A DNA stretch of 64,000 nucleotides, from positions 15,562,001 to 15,626,000 of the forward strand of contig NC_086117.1 in assembly GCF_963921235.1 (NCBI RefSeq), read 5' to 3'. Shown in pieces: positions 34,700 to 45,869 of the stretch. Position 1 is the first letter of the stretch, and every line of letters starts with the position of its first letter. Under the pieces are notes generated by a model, which did not search any database, had not been told where the DNA came from, and saw nothing but the letters and a program-made list of their open reading frames with translations. The position numbers and the translations under genes are program-made. Origin of the DNA: Mobula hypostoma. Its lineage: Eukaryota.

Positions 34700-35900
34700 G
34701 AGTAGCAGGGTTAATGGCAGGATTCTTAGCAGTGAGGGGGAACAGAGGGATTTGGGGTCCACAGCTGTAGATCCCTTAATGTTGCCGCGCAAATTGATAG
34801 CAACACACATAAAAGTTGCTGGTGAACACAGCAGACCAGGCAGCATCTCTAGGAAGAGGCACAGTCGATGTTTTGGGACGAGACCCTTCGTCAGGTCTAA
34901 CTGAACACATTCTTTTTCTCTCTCTCCTTTTTCTCCCTCTGTCCCCCTCACTATACCCCTTGCCCATCCTCTGGTTCCCCCACCCCCACTTTTTTTTCTC
35001 CCTGGGCCTCCTGTTCCATGATCCTTTCATATCCCTTTTGCCAATCAACTGTCCAGCTCTCGGCTCCATCCCTCCCCCTCCTGTCTTCTTCTATCATTTC
35101 GGATCTCCCCCTTCCCATCCCAGTTTCAAATCTCTTAATATCTCTTCTTTCAGTTAGTCCTGACAAAGGGTCTTGGCCCAAAACGTCGACTGTACCTCTT
35201 CCTAGAGATGCTGCCTGGCCTGCTGCATTCACCAGCAACTTTTATGTGTGTTGCTTGAAATTCCAGCATCTGCAGATTTCCTCGTGTTTGCGCAAATTGA
35301 CAGAGTAGTTAAGAAGGCATATGGTGTGTTTGCCTTCGTTAGTTGGGGGATTGAGTTTAAAACCTGCGATGTAATATTGCAATTTTATAAAAACTCTGGT
35401 TAGACCACACTTGGTATATTGTGTTCAGTTCTGGTTGCCTCATTATAGGAAGGATGTGGAATCTTTAGAGAGGATGCAGAGGAGATTTACCAGGATGCTG
35501 CCTGGATTAGAGAACACGTCTTATGAGGAGAGGTTGAGTGAGTTAGGGCTTTTCTCTTTGGTATGAAGGATTATGAGAAGAGACAAGATGATAAGTGGCA
35601 AGAGTGGGCAGCCAAAGCCCCAGGGCAGAAATGGCGTAATTGTAAGGTGACTGGAGGAAAGTATAGCCGGGATGTCAGAGGTAGGTTTTTTACAAGAGAG
35701 TGGCGGGTGCATGTAATTCGCTGCCAAGAAGTGGTGGTAGAGACAGATTCATTAAAGATTTTAAATAGACTCATAGATAAGCACATGGATGAAAGGGAAA
35801 TGGAGGGCTATGTGGGAGGGAAGGATTAGATTGATCTTGGAGTAGATTAAAAGGTCAACACAACATTGGGGACTGTAGAGCCTGTACTGTTCTATCTTCG
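34700..35900 (+). mobile_element. CR1 3' fragment interrupted by a Penelope-derived fold-back element (34801-35289)
   Basis: 14-bp TSD gcgcaaattga(t/c)ag at 34787-34800 and 35290-35303; about 95-bp inverted arms. Confidence 0.88.
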
Positions 35901-36879
35901 ATCAGTATATCTGGGTCTGTTGGGGACTTGGTTACCATACTGCCAGCATGGAACTGATAGGAAATGAGAAAGGCCACGACTGTTTAGCGCTGCGCGCCTT
36001 GAGAACTCCATGTGTAGCTCCAATTAAAAGAAAAGCATCTGCCATCATGATTCACAGCCACCTGCCAATTCCCAGAATTAAGATACCAGCTGCACTGATA
36101 AAACCTGATATTCATCAACTTCGAAATGATGTGCAATTACTTAAGGAGTAATTTAAACAGGACTTTGTACAGACCTCTCCCCAGCCTCTTTTTAGTGTGC
36201 TGCCTTCACCACAGGGAGAATTAACCTTTCAGCAAAAATGAAGAGGCTGAAATAAGAATAGAGAATGTTGGAGCACTACTGCATGTGTGGAGAAGGAACT
36301 ACTAGAATTCACTATTCAGATCAGTGAATCAGGACAATCATTATTCTGATGAAAGGATGAAGGGTCTCCACCCAAATGGTTGACTCTTTTTTCCCTCTCT
36401 ATAGATGCTGCCTGGCCTGCTTTGTTCCTTCAGCATCTTGTGTGAGTGTTACTCAAGGTTCCCAGCATCTGCAGAAACTCCTGTGTTTATTAACCACCTG
36501 AAATGTAAAGTTTGTTACTCTCTTCACAGATGCTGCCTGACCTGCTGAGCAGCTCCAGAATTCTCTGTTTATATTTTTGATTTCCAGTATCTGCACTTTT
36601 TTTTTGCTTTTAGAAAATGGGAGGTTCAACAACAGTTTTAAAAGATTTGGTCTAAGTTTGGTCTGTAGTTTAAATTGGGCACAAGTCCCCATTATGTTAA
36701 AATTAAAAGCCAATATTTTTAGTTAAAAAAAGATAGGGTTTACATTTGTGTTTCACTTTCATCTGTGTGGGACAGGCTAAACTGCCTCACAGATAATGAA
36801 ACACCTTTAAAAGTTTTATAATTAACTTAAAGCACAAGGAAACTTTTGAATTGAAGCTATAATCTCCATCCACACCCAT

Positions 36880-37450
36880 ACAGCCATAGAGCACTACAGC
36901 ACAGAAACAGACCATTCAGTTCATCTAGTCCGTGATGAACTATAATTCAGCCTTGTCCCATCAAATTGCACCTGGATTGTAGCCCTTCATAACCCTCCCA
37001 TCCAGGTACTTAATCAAATTTCTCTTAAAACACTGAAGTCAAACCTACATCCATCACTTCCGCTACCAGCTCATTCCACACTCTCACCACCCTCTGAGTG
37101 AAGAAGTTCTCCCTCAGGTTCCGCTTAAACATTTCACCTTTCACCCTTAACCTATGACCTTTAGTTCTAGTCTCACCCAACCTCAGTGGAAAGAGCCTGC
37201 TTGCATTTACCCTATCTATACTGTTATAATTTTGTATACCTCTATCAAATCTCACCTCATTCTACGCTCCAGGGAATAAAGACCTAGCCTTTTCAACCTC
37301 TCCCTAAAACTCACGTCCTCAAGTCTTGGCTACATCTTTAGAAATTTTCTCTGTACTCTTTCAATCTTATTGATTGGTAGGTAGGTACATAACCAGAAAT
37401 GCTCACGATACTCCAAATTAGGCCTCGCCAACATCTTAAACAACTTCAAA
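36880..37450 (-). mobile_element. CR1 LINE 3' fragment
   Basis: RLFPLRLGETRTKGHRLRVKGEMFKRNLRENFFTQRVV; related copy at 47795-48520(-), interrupted by an insert at ~48152-48364. Confidence 0.85.
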
Positions 37451-38308
37451 ACATCCTAAATGTACAGACACACCACTTCTGAAAGATAATGACTTTAACT
37501 TCCCTTTAGTTGTATACATTTTGACATATTGTAACTATTTGTAGTGAAATAGCCAAATAAACTGTAAGGTTCTCTAAAACAGTTACCCTGGCAACAAGGG
37601 AGAATTGGTGACTCAAACCTGGCCCGTTCTATCGTTCCTTTCATAACTTCAGGGCATCCCAAAGCATGTCACTGCCAGACAAAGTACAATGGCAAGGAGA
37701 CTACGTTGGACAGCTTCAAAACATTAAATTGCCACTAGCTAGAGTATCAGCACTTGGAGAGGTCTTGGAAAGCAGGCAAACGAGTTTAACCAGCATTGTC
37801 TCACTGTCAATGGACATCAATTATGTGGGTGGACAGGAGAAGCTTGACTATCCGCTTTACTCGTAGAAAGGCGAAGGGCGAAGGGCAAAGATGAGGTGAA
37901 GAAAAAGAAACCATTTTCCGAATGGAAGGGTCAAGGATGCAAACTGAAAGTACCCGGCAATAAAAGGATCTATGGAGCAGGAAGTGTGGTGAGTTCCTCC
38001 TCTTTAAAAGAGTAAGGTAAGAAAGTATTTGGAGCTTTCTGGTGAAGGAACCAGTGACTGTCGCACTGGATTGCCATTATGAAAAGCCAGTTGGGCTGTA
38101 TGGACCCGAGTTTTCTGAGACCATTGAAAGATACTTAGGGACCCTATTTTGGATGAAAATAAAATGCAGAGTTCAGATGAAGAACAATCAGAAGGTGGGG
38201 ATGATTGGATGGTGACAGAGATAAAACATGGGTACCATTAAAAAAATCACACATTCTCTACTTGTTTTCATATAATATATACATGTCTGTTATTATATTG
38301 AAACACTT

Positions 38309-38922
38309 TCCTTTTTAAATCTTTTTATTAATTTTCAAAATTATAAACAAAAGAACAATATTGATACAAAGAGATTGTAACAATCTTGTTATTAATAAGC
38401 ATATACAAAAAAAAATTCAAATAACATAGGTATAATAGACTTCCAAACTCATGATGAAATTGATCATAAAAAAGAAAAAGAAATAGAAAGAAAAAATATA
38501 TGTAGAAAGAAACCCCCCCCCAAAAAAAGAAAAAAAAAGAACTAAATACTAAACCCAAAAAAAGCAAACGGAACAAAACAGGGCTAGGCAAATATCTTAA
38601 ATTGAACACGTTCAGTAATGTTGTCAACTCTGCTCCTCTATTCATATATCTTAAGTTAATAAAGAAGATTCGGAAAGGTCAAATTACATCATATGAAAAT
38701 GTTGCATAAAAAGTTTCCAAGTTTCTCTAAATTTAACCGAAGGGTCAAAAAATATCACTTCTAATTTTTTCTAAATTTAAACTTAATATAGTTTGGGAAA
38801 ACCATTGGAATGTAGTAGGAGGATTGGTCTCCTTCCAGTTCAATAAAATAGATCTTCTGGCCATTAAAGTAACAAAAGCTATCATCCGACAGGCTGAAGA
38901 AGACAAAGATCTATGTTCTACA
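38309..38922 (-). mobile_element. L1-clade LINE 3' end, 5'-truncated
   Basis: IAFVTLMARRSILLNWKETNPPT...LNLEKIR (L1 ORF2 C-terminus), T-rich 3' UTR, A-rich tail, TSD gaaacactt at 38300-38308 and 38923-38931. Confidence 0.8.
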
Positions 38923-39723
38923 GAAACACTTCTCAAGGACACATTCACGGTGCAAGTTATCTACACAAACCGGTCACAAATGTTTACACCTTAATTTCTC
39001 TAATTTACACAGCTGAATTGTGGGACCTCTCTGCATTGCTGAAATGAGAGGACTCCGAATCCAAGTATAATGTGTAATGTAAAAAACTGACATATCCAAC
39101 AGTGGTGGAGTGAGTCTGTGCTGTATTGGGGGGAAAGCAATGTTAAATGTGTAGGTTGGAGAAACTTTGACTCACCCATTCCTTGATGTCAGGGTTGACC
39201 CTGGCAATGCAAAGGTGGTCTTGGGGGCACTCGAAGTGACAGAAATGCAGACTTAGGTGTTGCTGGTAACCTCACTGAAACTGATCTTTGTAACCACCGA
39301 TGATCTCACCAGGGGAAGCTTGGAGGAGGGACAATGAGCTAAGCTGTGATACTTGGAAACTCTAGCAGAGGAAACTCCCTACATCCCTCACTCTTTGGGA
39401 AGACTTCTCCGCAGCCCCTGGTGGTTTTATAAGGATAACCTAGGAAACGATGACACAGTGCTATAAGACCAGAGGACAATAAGACACAGGAGTAGAATTA
39501 GGCCACTCAGCCAATTACTCCACCATTCCATCATGATTTACCATCTCTCTCAACCCCAATTTCTTGCCATCTCCCCATAACCTTTGACACCCTTACTAAT
39601 CAAGAACCCATCAATTTTCATTTTAAATACACTCAATGACTTGGCCTCCACAGCTGTCAGTGGCAATAAATTCCACAGATTCATTACCCTCTGGCTAAAG
39701 ATATTCCTCCTCGTCTCTGTTTT

Positions 39724-40037
39724 TGTCAGGCTTGCACAGGTAGGTACCTTTGAGTCTCCACCCAGCTAAAAGGAATCACCTCCATTCATTTCCAACTCAT
39801 CACCTGCAGCCAATTTAAACCCATCTCTGATCCACAATCCTTGTTCACCCATATGAACCAACCAGCTTCAACCAGTTGCTGCTAGCCTTGTCGGCGTGTC
39901 ACGTCATGTGTCCATTCTCTCTTGATTTGTGGCCTCCCATGGAATGTTATTTTGCAGATTATTATTAAATTGATTGCTCACTGCTAAATTGTCTCTGCTG
40001 CTGTGTTTGGGTCAAGCTTCCTCTACATTTCCTGACA
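39724..40037 (+). mobile_element. 5' LTR of Gypsy element (314 bp)
   Basis: Terminal inverted repeats TGTCAGG...CCTGACA, internal atttaaa and attaaa, immediately followed by gag start (I/M)DPAE. Confidence 0.8.
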
Positions 40038-41304
40038 GGATGGGTGAACCAACGATTGACCCAGCAGAGTTTGCTCGCCTAAAGGAAGTCCTCCATCTTA
40101 ACCAGTACACAATCCAGAAGCAGAAGGAAGTCGCTGACCGTCTGCTCACCACTCTCAATGAATTCTCCGTCCCGATACAGCAACCCGGCACCAGTCAACC
40201 TCCTCCCTAGGAGCCCCGGATTCCGGAGCCCGAACACTTCCATGGATCTCCAACCTGACACCCACAACTTCCCACCACAGTGTGTCTTGCACTTCGAGCT
40301 GCAGCCACTTCTGCATTCTGTGGACTGAGCCAAGATTGCTGTCACTGTCTTTCTCTTGACTAGGTGAATTCTGACCTGGATTGCTGCTAACTGGGGCAAT
40401 AACACCATCTTCTGCAAAAAAAAAACACGAGGAATTCACCAGCGAGGGCTTTTGACCATCCAGGGAGTGGAAGGGAGGCAGTGGATTGCATACTTCACCT
40501 GTGTCAAGGTTCATGCTCGACGCTGGATTACACCGTGGAATTCAGGATCCTCGCAGTGGAATGCGGCTGCAACGTGGAAACGCTGCTGATCCAATACCAT
40601 CACAGTTTCGCAGAGTGCAGGGTGCTGTCGACCCTTGAGATGCCCAATGACCCTTGAAAACCTTATCACTCTGGCCCTTCGTGTTGACAAGCATTTTATG
40701 GAACGGCCCTCCAGATCACGAGTCAGAATCCCAGTTCTGTTCCCAGAACCATTTCAGGCAGTGGGACCCTCATCATCAATGCCTACAGAACCCATGCACT
40801 TAGGGAGAGCTCATTTAACAACCCCCTCCACCCCAAGAAATGAGTGTCGGTTGAGAAACAACTTGTGTGCTTACTGCAGGGCCGCCAGTAACCCGCTGTA
40901 TCCAGGAAAACGGCACCACCTCCTTCTCCCAGGAACCAACCTTCCCTGAGGTCACCTGTTCTCCCTCTCCCCTCCTCAGACCCAAGCCATTAATGGCTAC
41001 ATTGATGAAATGCTACAGTATGGCTTCGTTCAACCATCCCAGACCCCAGCCAGCACAGGATTCTATTTTTGTCAAAAGAAAGATGGGGTTCTTCGCCTCT
41101 GCATCGACTACCATGGACTCAACAAAATCACCATTAAGAATAGCTACTCTCTCCTCTAGATAGACTGCATTTGAAACACTCTGCAGGGCCCCAGATCTTC
41201 ACCAAACTGGATCTACAAGCTGACCCGCATCTGCCAGGGGGATGAGTGGAAGACGACGTTCGTAAAGGACCCCCAATACCCTATCTGTCATGTCCGTTCA
41301 GTCC

Positions 41305-44300
41305 TTCGGTGTCTCATATGGGAAATTGAGGAGGTGATAGATAGGAGCTACAGGGAGGTAGTCAACAGGAAATTGTAAGAGGCAGAAAAATAGGTGACTG
41401 CCAGGAGTGGGAAGGGAAATGAGCCGTTCCTGTGGCCATTCCCCTCAATGAGATGGGGAGCCATACCAACCAGGTCTCTGGCATTGAGTCTAGCACTGTG
41501 GCTCAGAAGGGAAGAAGACTGTAGCAGTGATAGGAGATTCCACAGTTAGAGGAGTAGACACAAGACTCTGTGGACACAATAGAGACATCCAGATGGTCTG
41601 TTACCTCCCAGGTGCTAGGTTCAGGGCCCAGGGTGTCTTGGCTCGGGTCCAAGGGGGACATTCTAAAGGGGGACAGTAGGCAGCCAGAGGTTTTGGTACA
41701 TATTGGCACCAATGACCTTGGTAGGAGAAGCGAGGAGGTTCCTGAAGAGAGAATTTGGGGAGCTAGGTAGAAGGCCGAAAAGCAGGACCTCCAGGGTAGC
41801 AATCTCAGGATCGCCGCCTGTGCCACTCACCAGCGAGGGCAGATGAATGCATGGCTGAGAAACCAGTGTAGGGGCACAGTTTCAGGTTACTGGATCATTG
41901 GGATCTCTTCTGGGGAAGATATCACCTGTACAAAAGGCACGATCACACCTGAACCCAAGGGCGACCAATACCCTTGCAGGCAGGTTTGCTAGACTTGTTG
42001 GAGAGGGTTTAAACTAATTTGACGGGGGGATGGGAACTGGAGTGATTGGGCTGAGGATAAGGCTGTTGGTTGACAAGCAGAGGCAGTGTGTAGTGAGACT
42101 CTCAGGAAGGACAGGCAAATGATCGGGCAAAATTGCCATTAGTGGGATGAGTTGCAGTGTAAAATAGGGACAAAGAGATAGAATTTGTAGAATGCCTATG
42201 AGATCACTTTTTAAGGGGCTTGTAGTTAAGCCCACTAGTCAGATGTATCAGTATTACAGTGGAAAAAAGGGAATTATAGAGCCAAAAGAGAGGAGCTGGT
42301 CAAAGTTGATTGGAAGGGAATACTAGCAGGGATGACGGCAGAATGTCATCTGGGAGAAATTTGGAAGGCGCAAAATAGCAGATCCCAAAAATGAAGTAAT
42401 ATTAATATTCTAAAGACAGGATGATACAACTGTATCTGACAAAGGAAGTCAAACTACATAAACGCAAAAGAGAGGGCATATAACAGAGCAAAAATCAGTG
42501 GCAAGTTAGAGGATTGGGAAGCTTTTAAAAACCAACAGAAAGAAACTAAAAAAGCCATAAGGAGGAAGGAGATGAAACAGAAAGGTAAGCTAACCAACAA
42601 TTCCATAAGTGTTTCAGATACATAATGAGTAAAAGGGAGGCAAAAGTAGATATTGGACAGCTGGAAAATGATGATGTAGAAATAGTAATGGGGGGCAAGG
42701 AAATGGTGAACAAATTGAATGAGTGTTTTACACCAGTCATCACTGTGGAAGACTCTAGCTGTACACCGGAAGTTCGAGAGTGTCAGGGGGCAGAAGTGAG
42801 TGCAGTTGCTATCACTGGGGAGCAGGTGCTTGGAAAAATGGAAGTCTGAAGGTAGCTAAGTCACCTAGACCAGATGGACTACACTCCAGGGTTTTGAAAG
42901 AGGTAGCTGACGAGATTGTGGAGGCATCAGTAATCATCTTTCACGAATCACTACGTTCTGAAATGGTTCTGGAGAACTGCAAAATTGCAAAAGTTACTCC
43001 AAGCTTCAAGAAGGGAGAGAGGCAGAAGAAAGGAAATAACAGGCCATTCAGCCTGACCTTAGTGGTTGGGAAGATGTTGGAGTTGATTGTTAAGGATGAG
43101 GTCTCAGAGTACTTAGAGGCGCATGATAAAATAGGCCAACGTCAGGATGGTTTCCTTAAGGGGAAATTTTGCCTGACAAACCTGTTGGAATTCTTCGAGG
43201 AAATAACAAGCAAGATAGACAAAGGTCAATCAGTGAACGTTGAGTACTTGGATTTTCAGAAGGCCTTTGACAAGGTGTTGCACATGAAGCTGCTTAACAG
43301 GATAAGAGTCCATGGTTTTACAGGAAAGATACTAGCATGGATAGAGGATTAGTTGATTGGCAGGAGGCAAAGAGTGGGAATAAAGGGAGCCTTTTCTGGT
43401 TGGCTGTCGGTGACTAGTGATATTCTGCAAGGGTCAGTGGTGGGACTGCTTCTTTTTACGTTGTATGACAATGATTTGGATGATGAAATTGATGACTTTG
43501 TGGCCAAGTTTTCAGACAACACAAAGATAGTTGGAGATGCAGGTAGTGTTGAGGAAGCAGAGAGGCTGCAGAAGGACTTAGACAGATTAGGAAAATGGGC
43601 AAAGAAGTGACAAATAGAATAAAGTATACAGAAGTGTATGGTCATGCACTTTGGTAGAAAGAATAAAAGTATGGATTATTTTCTAAACAGGGAGAAAATT
43701 CAAAATTCCAAGGACCAAGGGGACTCAGGAGTCCTTGTGCAAGATTCCCTAAAGGTTAATTTGCAGGTTGAGTTGGTGGTGAAAAAGGCACATTCAATGT
43801 TAGCTTTCATTTTGAGAGGACTAGAATATAGAAGCAAGATGCATTGCTGAAACTGTATAAGGCACTGGTGAGGCCTCACTTGGAATATTGTAAGCTGTTT
43901 TGGACCCCTTATTTAAGAAAGGATGTGCTCATGTTGGAGAGGGTTCAGAGGAGGTACACGAGGATCATTCCAGGAATGAAAGAAGTATTGTACGAGGAGT
44001 ATTTGATGGCACTGGGCCTTTACTCGCTGGAATTTAGAAGAATGAGGGGGAATCTCATTGAAACTTATCGAATATTGAAAGGCCTATATAGAGTGGATGT
44101 GGAGAGGATGTTTCCTATGGTGGGTAAGTCTAGGACCAGAGGGCACAGACTAAGAAGAGAGGGACGTCCATTTAGAATGGAGATGAAGATGAAATTCTTT
44201 AGCCAGGAAGTGGTGAATCTGTGGAATTCATTGCCACAGGCGGCTGTGGAGGCCAGGTCACATTTAAAGCGGAGGTCGATAGGTTCTTGATTAGGCAGTG

Positions 44301-44428
44301 CATGAAAGGTTATGGGGAGAAAGCAGGAGAATTGGGCTGAGAGTGAAATGGATCAGCAATAACGAAATGGCAGAGCAGAGACTCGGTGGGCTGAATGGCC
44401 TAATATTGCTCCTATGTGTTATGGTCTC
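41305..44428 (+). mobile_element. long decayed CR1 LINE (partial ORF1, ORF2 with endonuclease deletion) nested in Gypsy RT
   Basis: VLVHIGTNDLGR (ORF1 esterase); KSPRPDGLHSRVLKE, YLDFQKAFDKV, AKFSDNTKI; Gypsy pol resumes at ~44428. Confidence 0.92.
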
Positions 44429-45537
44429 CTCAAAAACCAAATGTACTGCAAGTTAGGGAAATGCCGGTTCCAGATCCTAGTCATTTACTTCCTGGGTTAA
44501 GTCCTTTCACCCCAAGGCATAACCACGGACCCAGAGAAAGTACACACTGTCATTTCATGGGCTACAGCGCTTCTTGAACTTCTCCAGCTTCTATCGCTAT
44601 TTCATCAGAAACCACAGCCAAATTGCTACTCCTCACCTCCTTCACCGAGCCACCTACCTACTAGATAACCTGGCCTGCTGCCGTGAACCATGCTTTAGAG
44701 GAGGCTGAGAGACACTTCACCACCGCTCCCATTCTCCACTATCCGAACCCCTCTGGATCTCCTGTGGTAGGGTCATACACATCTGATGTGGGCGCCGGAG
44801 CCCTCCTCTCCCAGCAAGGGCCGGAGGGGAAAACAGACCCTTGTGCCTTCTCCTCATGCCATGTTCAACCTACATAGCACCTTTATGGAGTAGGAGAAAG
44901 GGAGCTACCTGCCATTAAATGGGTCTTGGAAGAATGGCAGCATTGGCTGATGGGGAACACCAAGACGTTCCTGATCTCTACTGACCACTAGAACCTCGTC
45001 CGTTCAACGGACCCACCAACTCAACCCATGTCAGGCTTGCTGGGTCTTCTTCTTCAGCCAATTCAACTTCTCCATCTTCTACCAACCCAGCTCCAAGAAC
45101 AATAAGGGGTTGCCCTGTCACGACAGTTGGATGTGGCCGAAACAGGGATCGACCCTCAGCCCATCATTCCACTCTAGCAGATCCTCGCCCCGATCATCTG
45201 GGAACTTGAGAACCACATCCGGCAGGCGCTACAGCACGAGCCCGCTCCAGCTGATACACCTGACAATGGCGCGTACATTCTGGCCACTGTGCGCTTTGAA
45301 ACACTCCAGTGGGCTCACACCTCACCCCTCCCTGGCCAGCCAGGCGTGTGACAGACTCTGGATTTTCTGCGACACCCGTTCTGGTGGCCCACCTTGACTG
45401 CAGATATGTCAGTTCGTCACTCCCTGCTCTCAATGTGCCCAGTTTAATTCCTTCAACCGGCCGCCCTCTGGGCTCCTGCATCCCCTGCCGGTCCCTAGAC
45501 GCCCGTGTCTCACATCACCAAGGATATTATCGTGGGT

Positions 45538-45869
45538 CACCCTCTGGGTTTCCCCCCCTCCCCCTTTTCCTTCTCCCTAGGCCTCCTGTCCCATGATTCT
45601 CTCATATCCCTTTTGCCAATCACCTGTCCAGCTCTTGGCTCCATCCCTCCCCCTCCTGTCTTCTCCTATCATTTCAGATCTCCCCCTCCCCCTCCCACTT
45701 CCAAATCTCTTACTAGCTCTTCCTTCAGTTAGTCCTGACGAAGGGTCTCGGCCCGAAACGTCGACAGTACCTCTTCCTAGAGATGCTGCCTGGCCTGCTG
45801 CATTCACCAGCAAATTTGATGTGCGTTGCTTGAATTTCCAGCATCTGCAGAATTCCTCGTGTTTACGTT
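45538..45869 (+). mobile_element. young Penelope-derived insert in Gypsy integrase
   Basis: Perfect 11-bp TSD ttatcgtgggt at 45527-45537 and 45870-45880. Confidence 0.88.
45731..45766 (+). ncRNA. minimal type-I hammerhead ribozyme motif (Penelope-type)
   Basis: (a)GTC-CTGACGA-A-GGG tctcgg CCC-GAA-ACGT-C^GAC: CUGANGA and GAAA cores, stem II, palindromic ACGU in place of stem III, short stem I. Confidence 0.7.
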
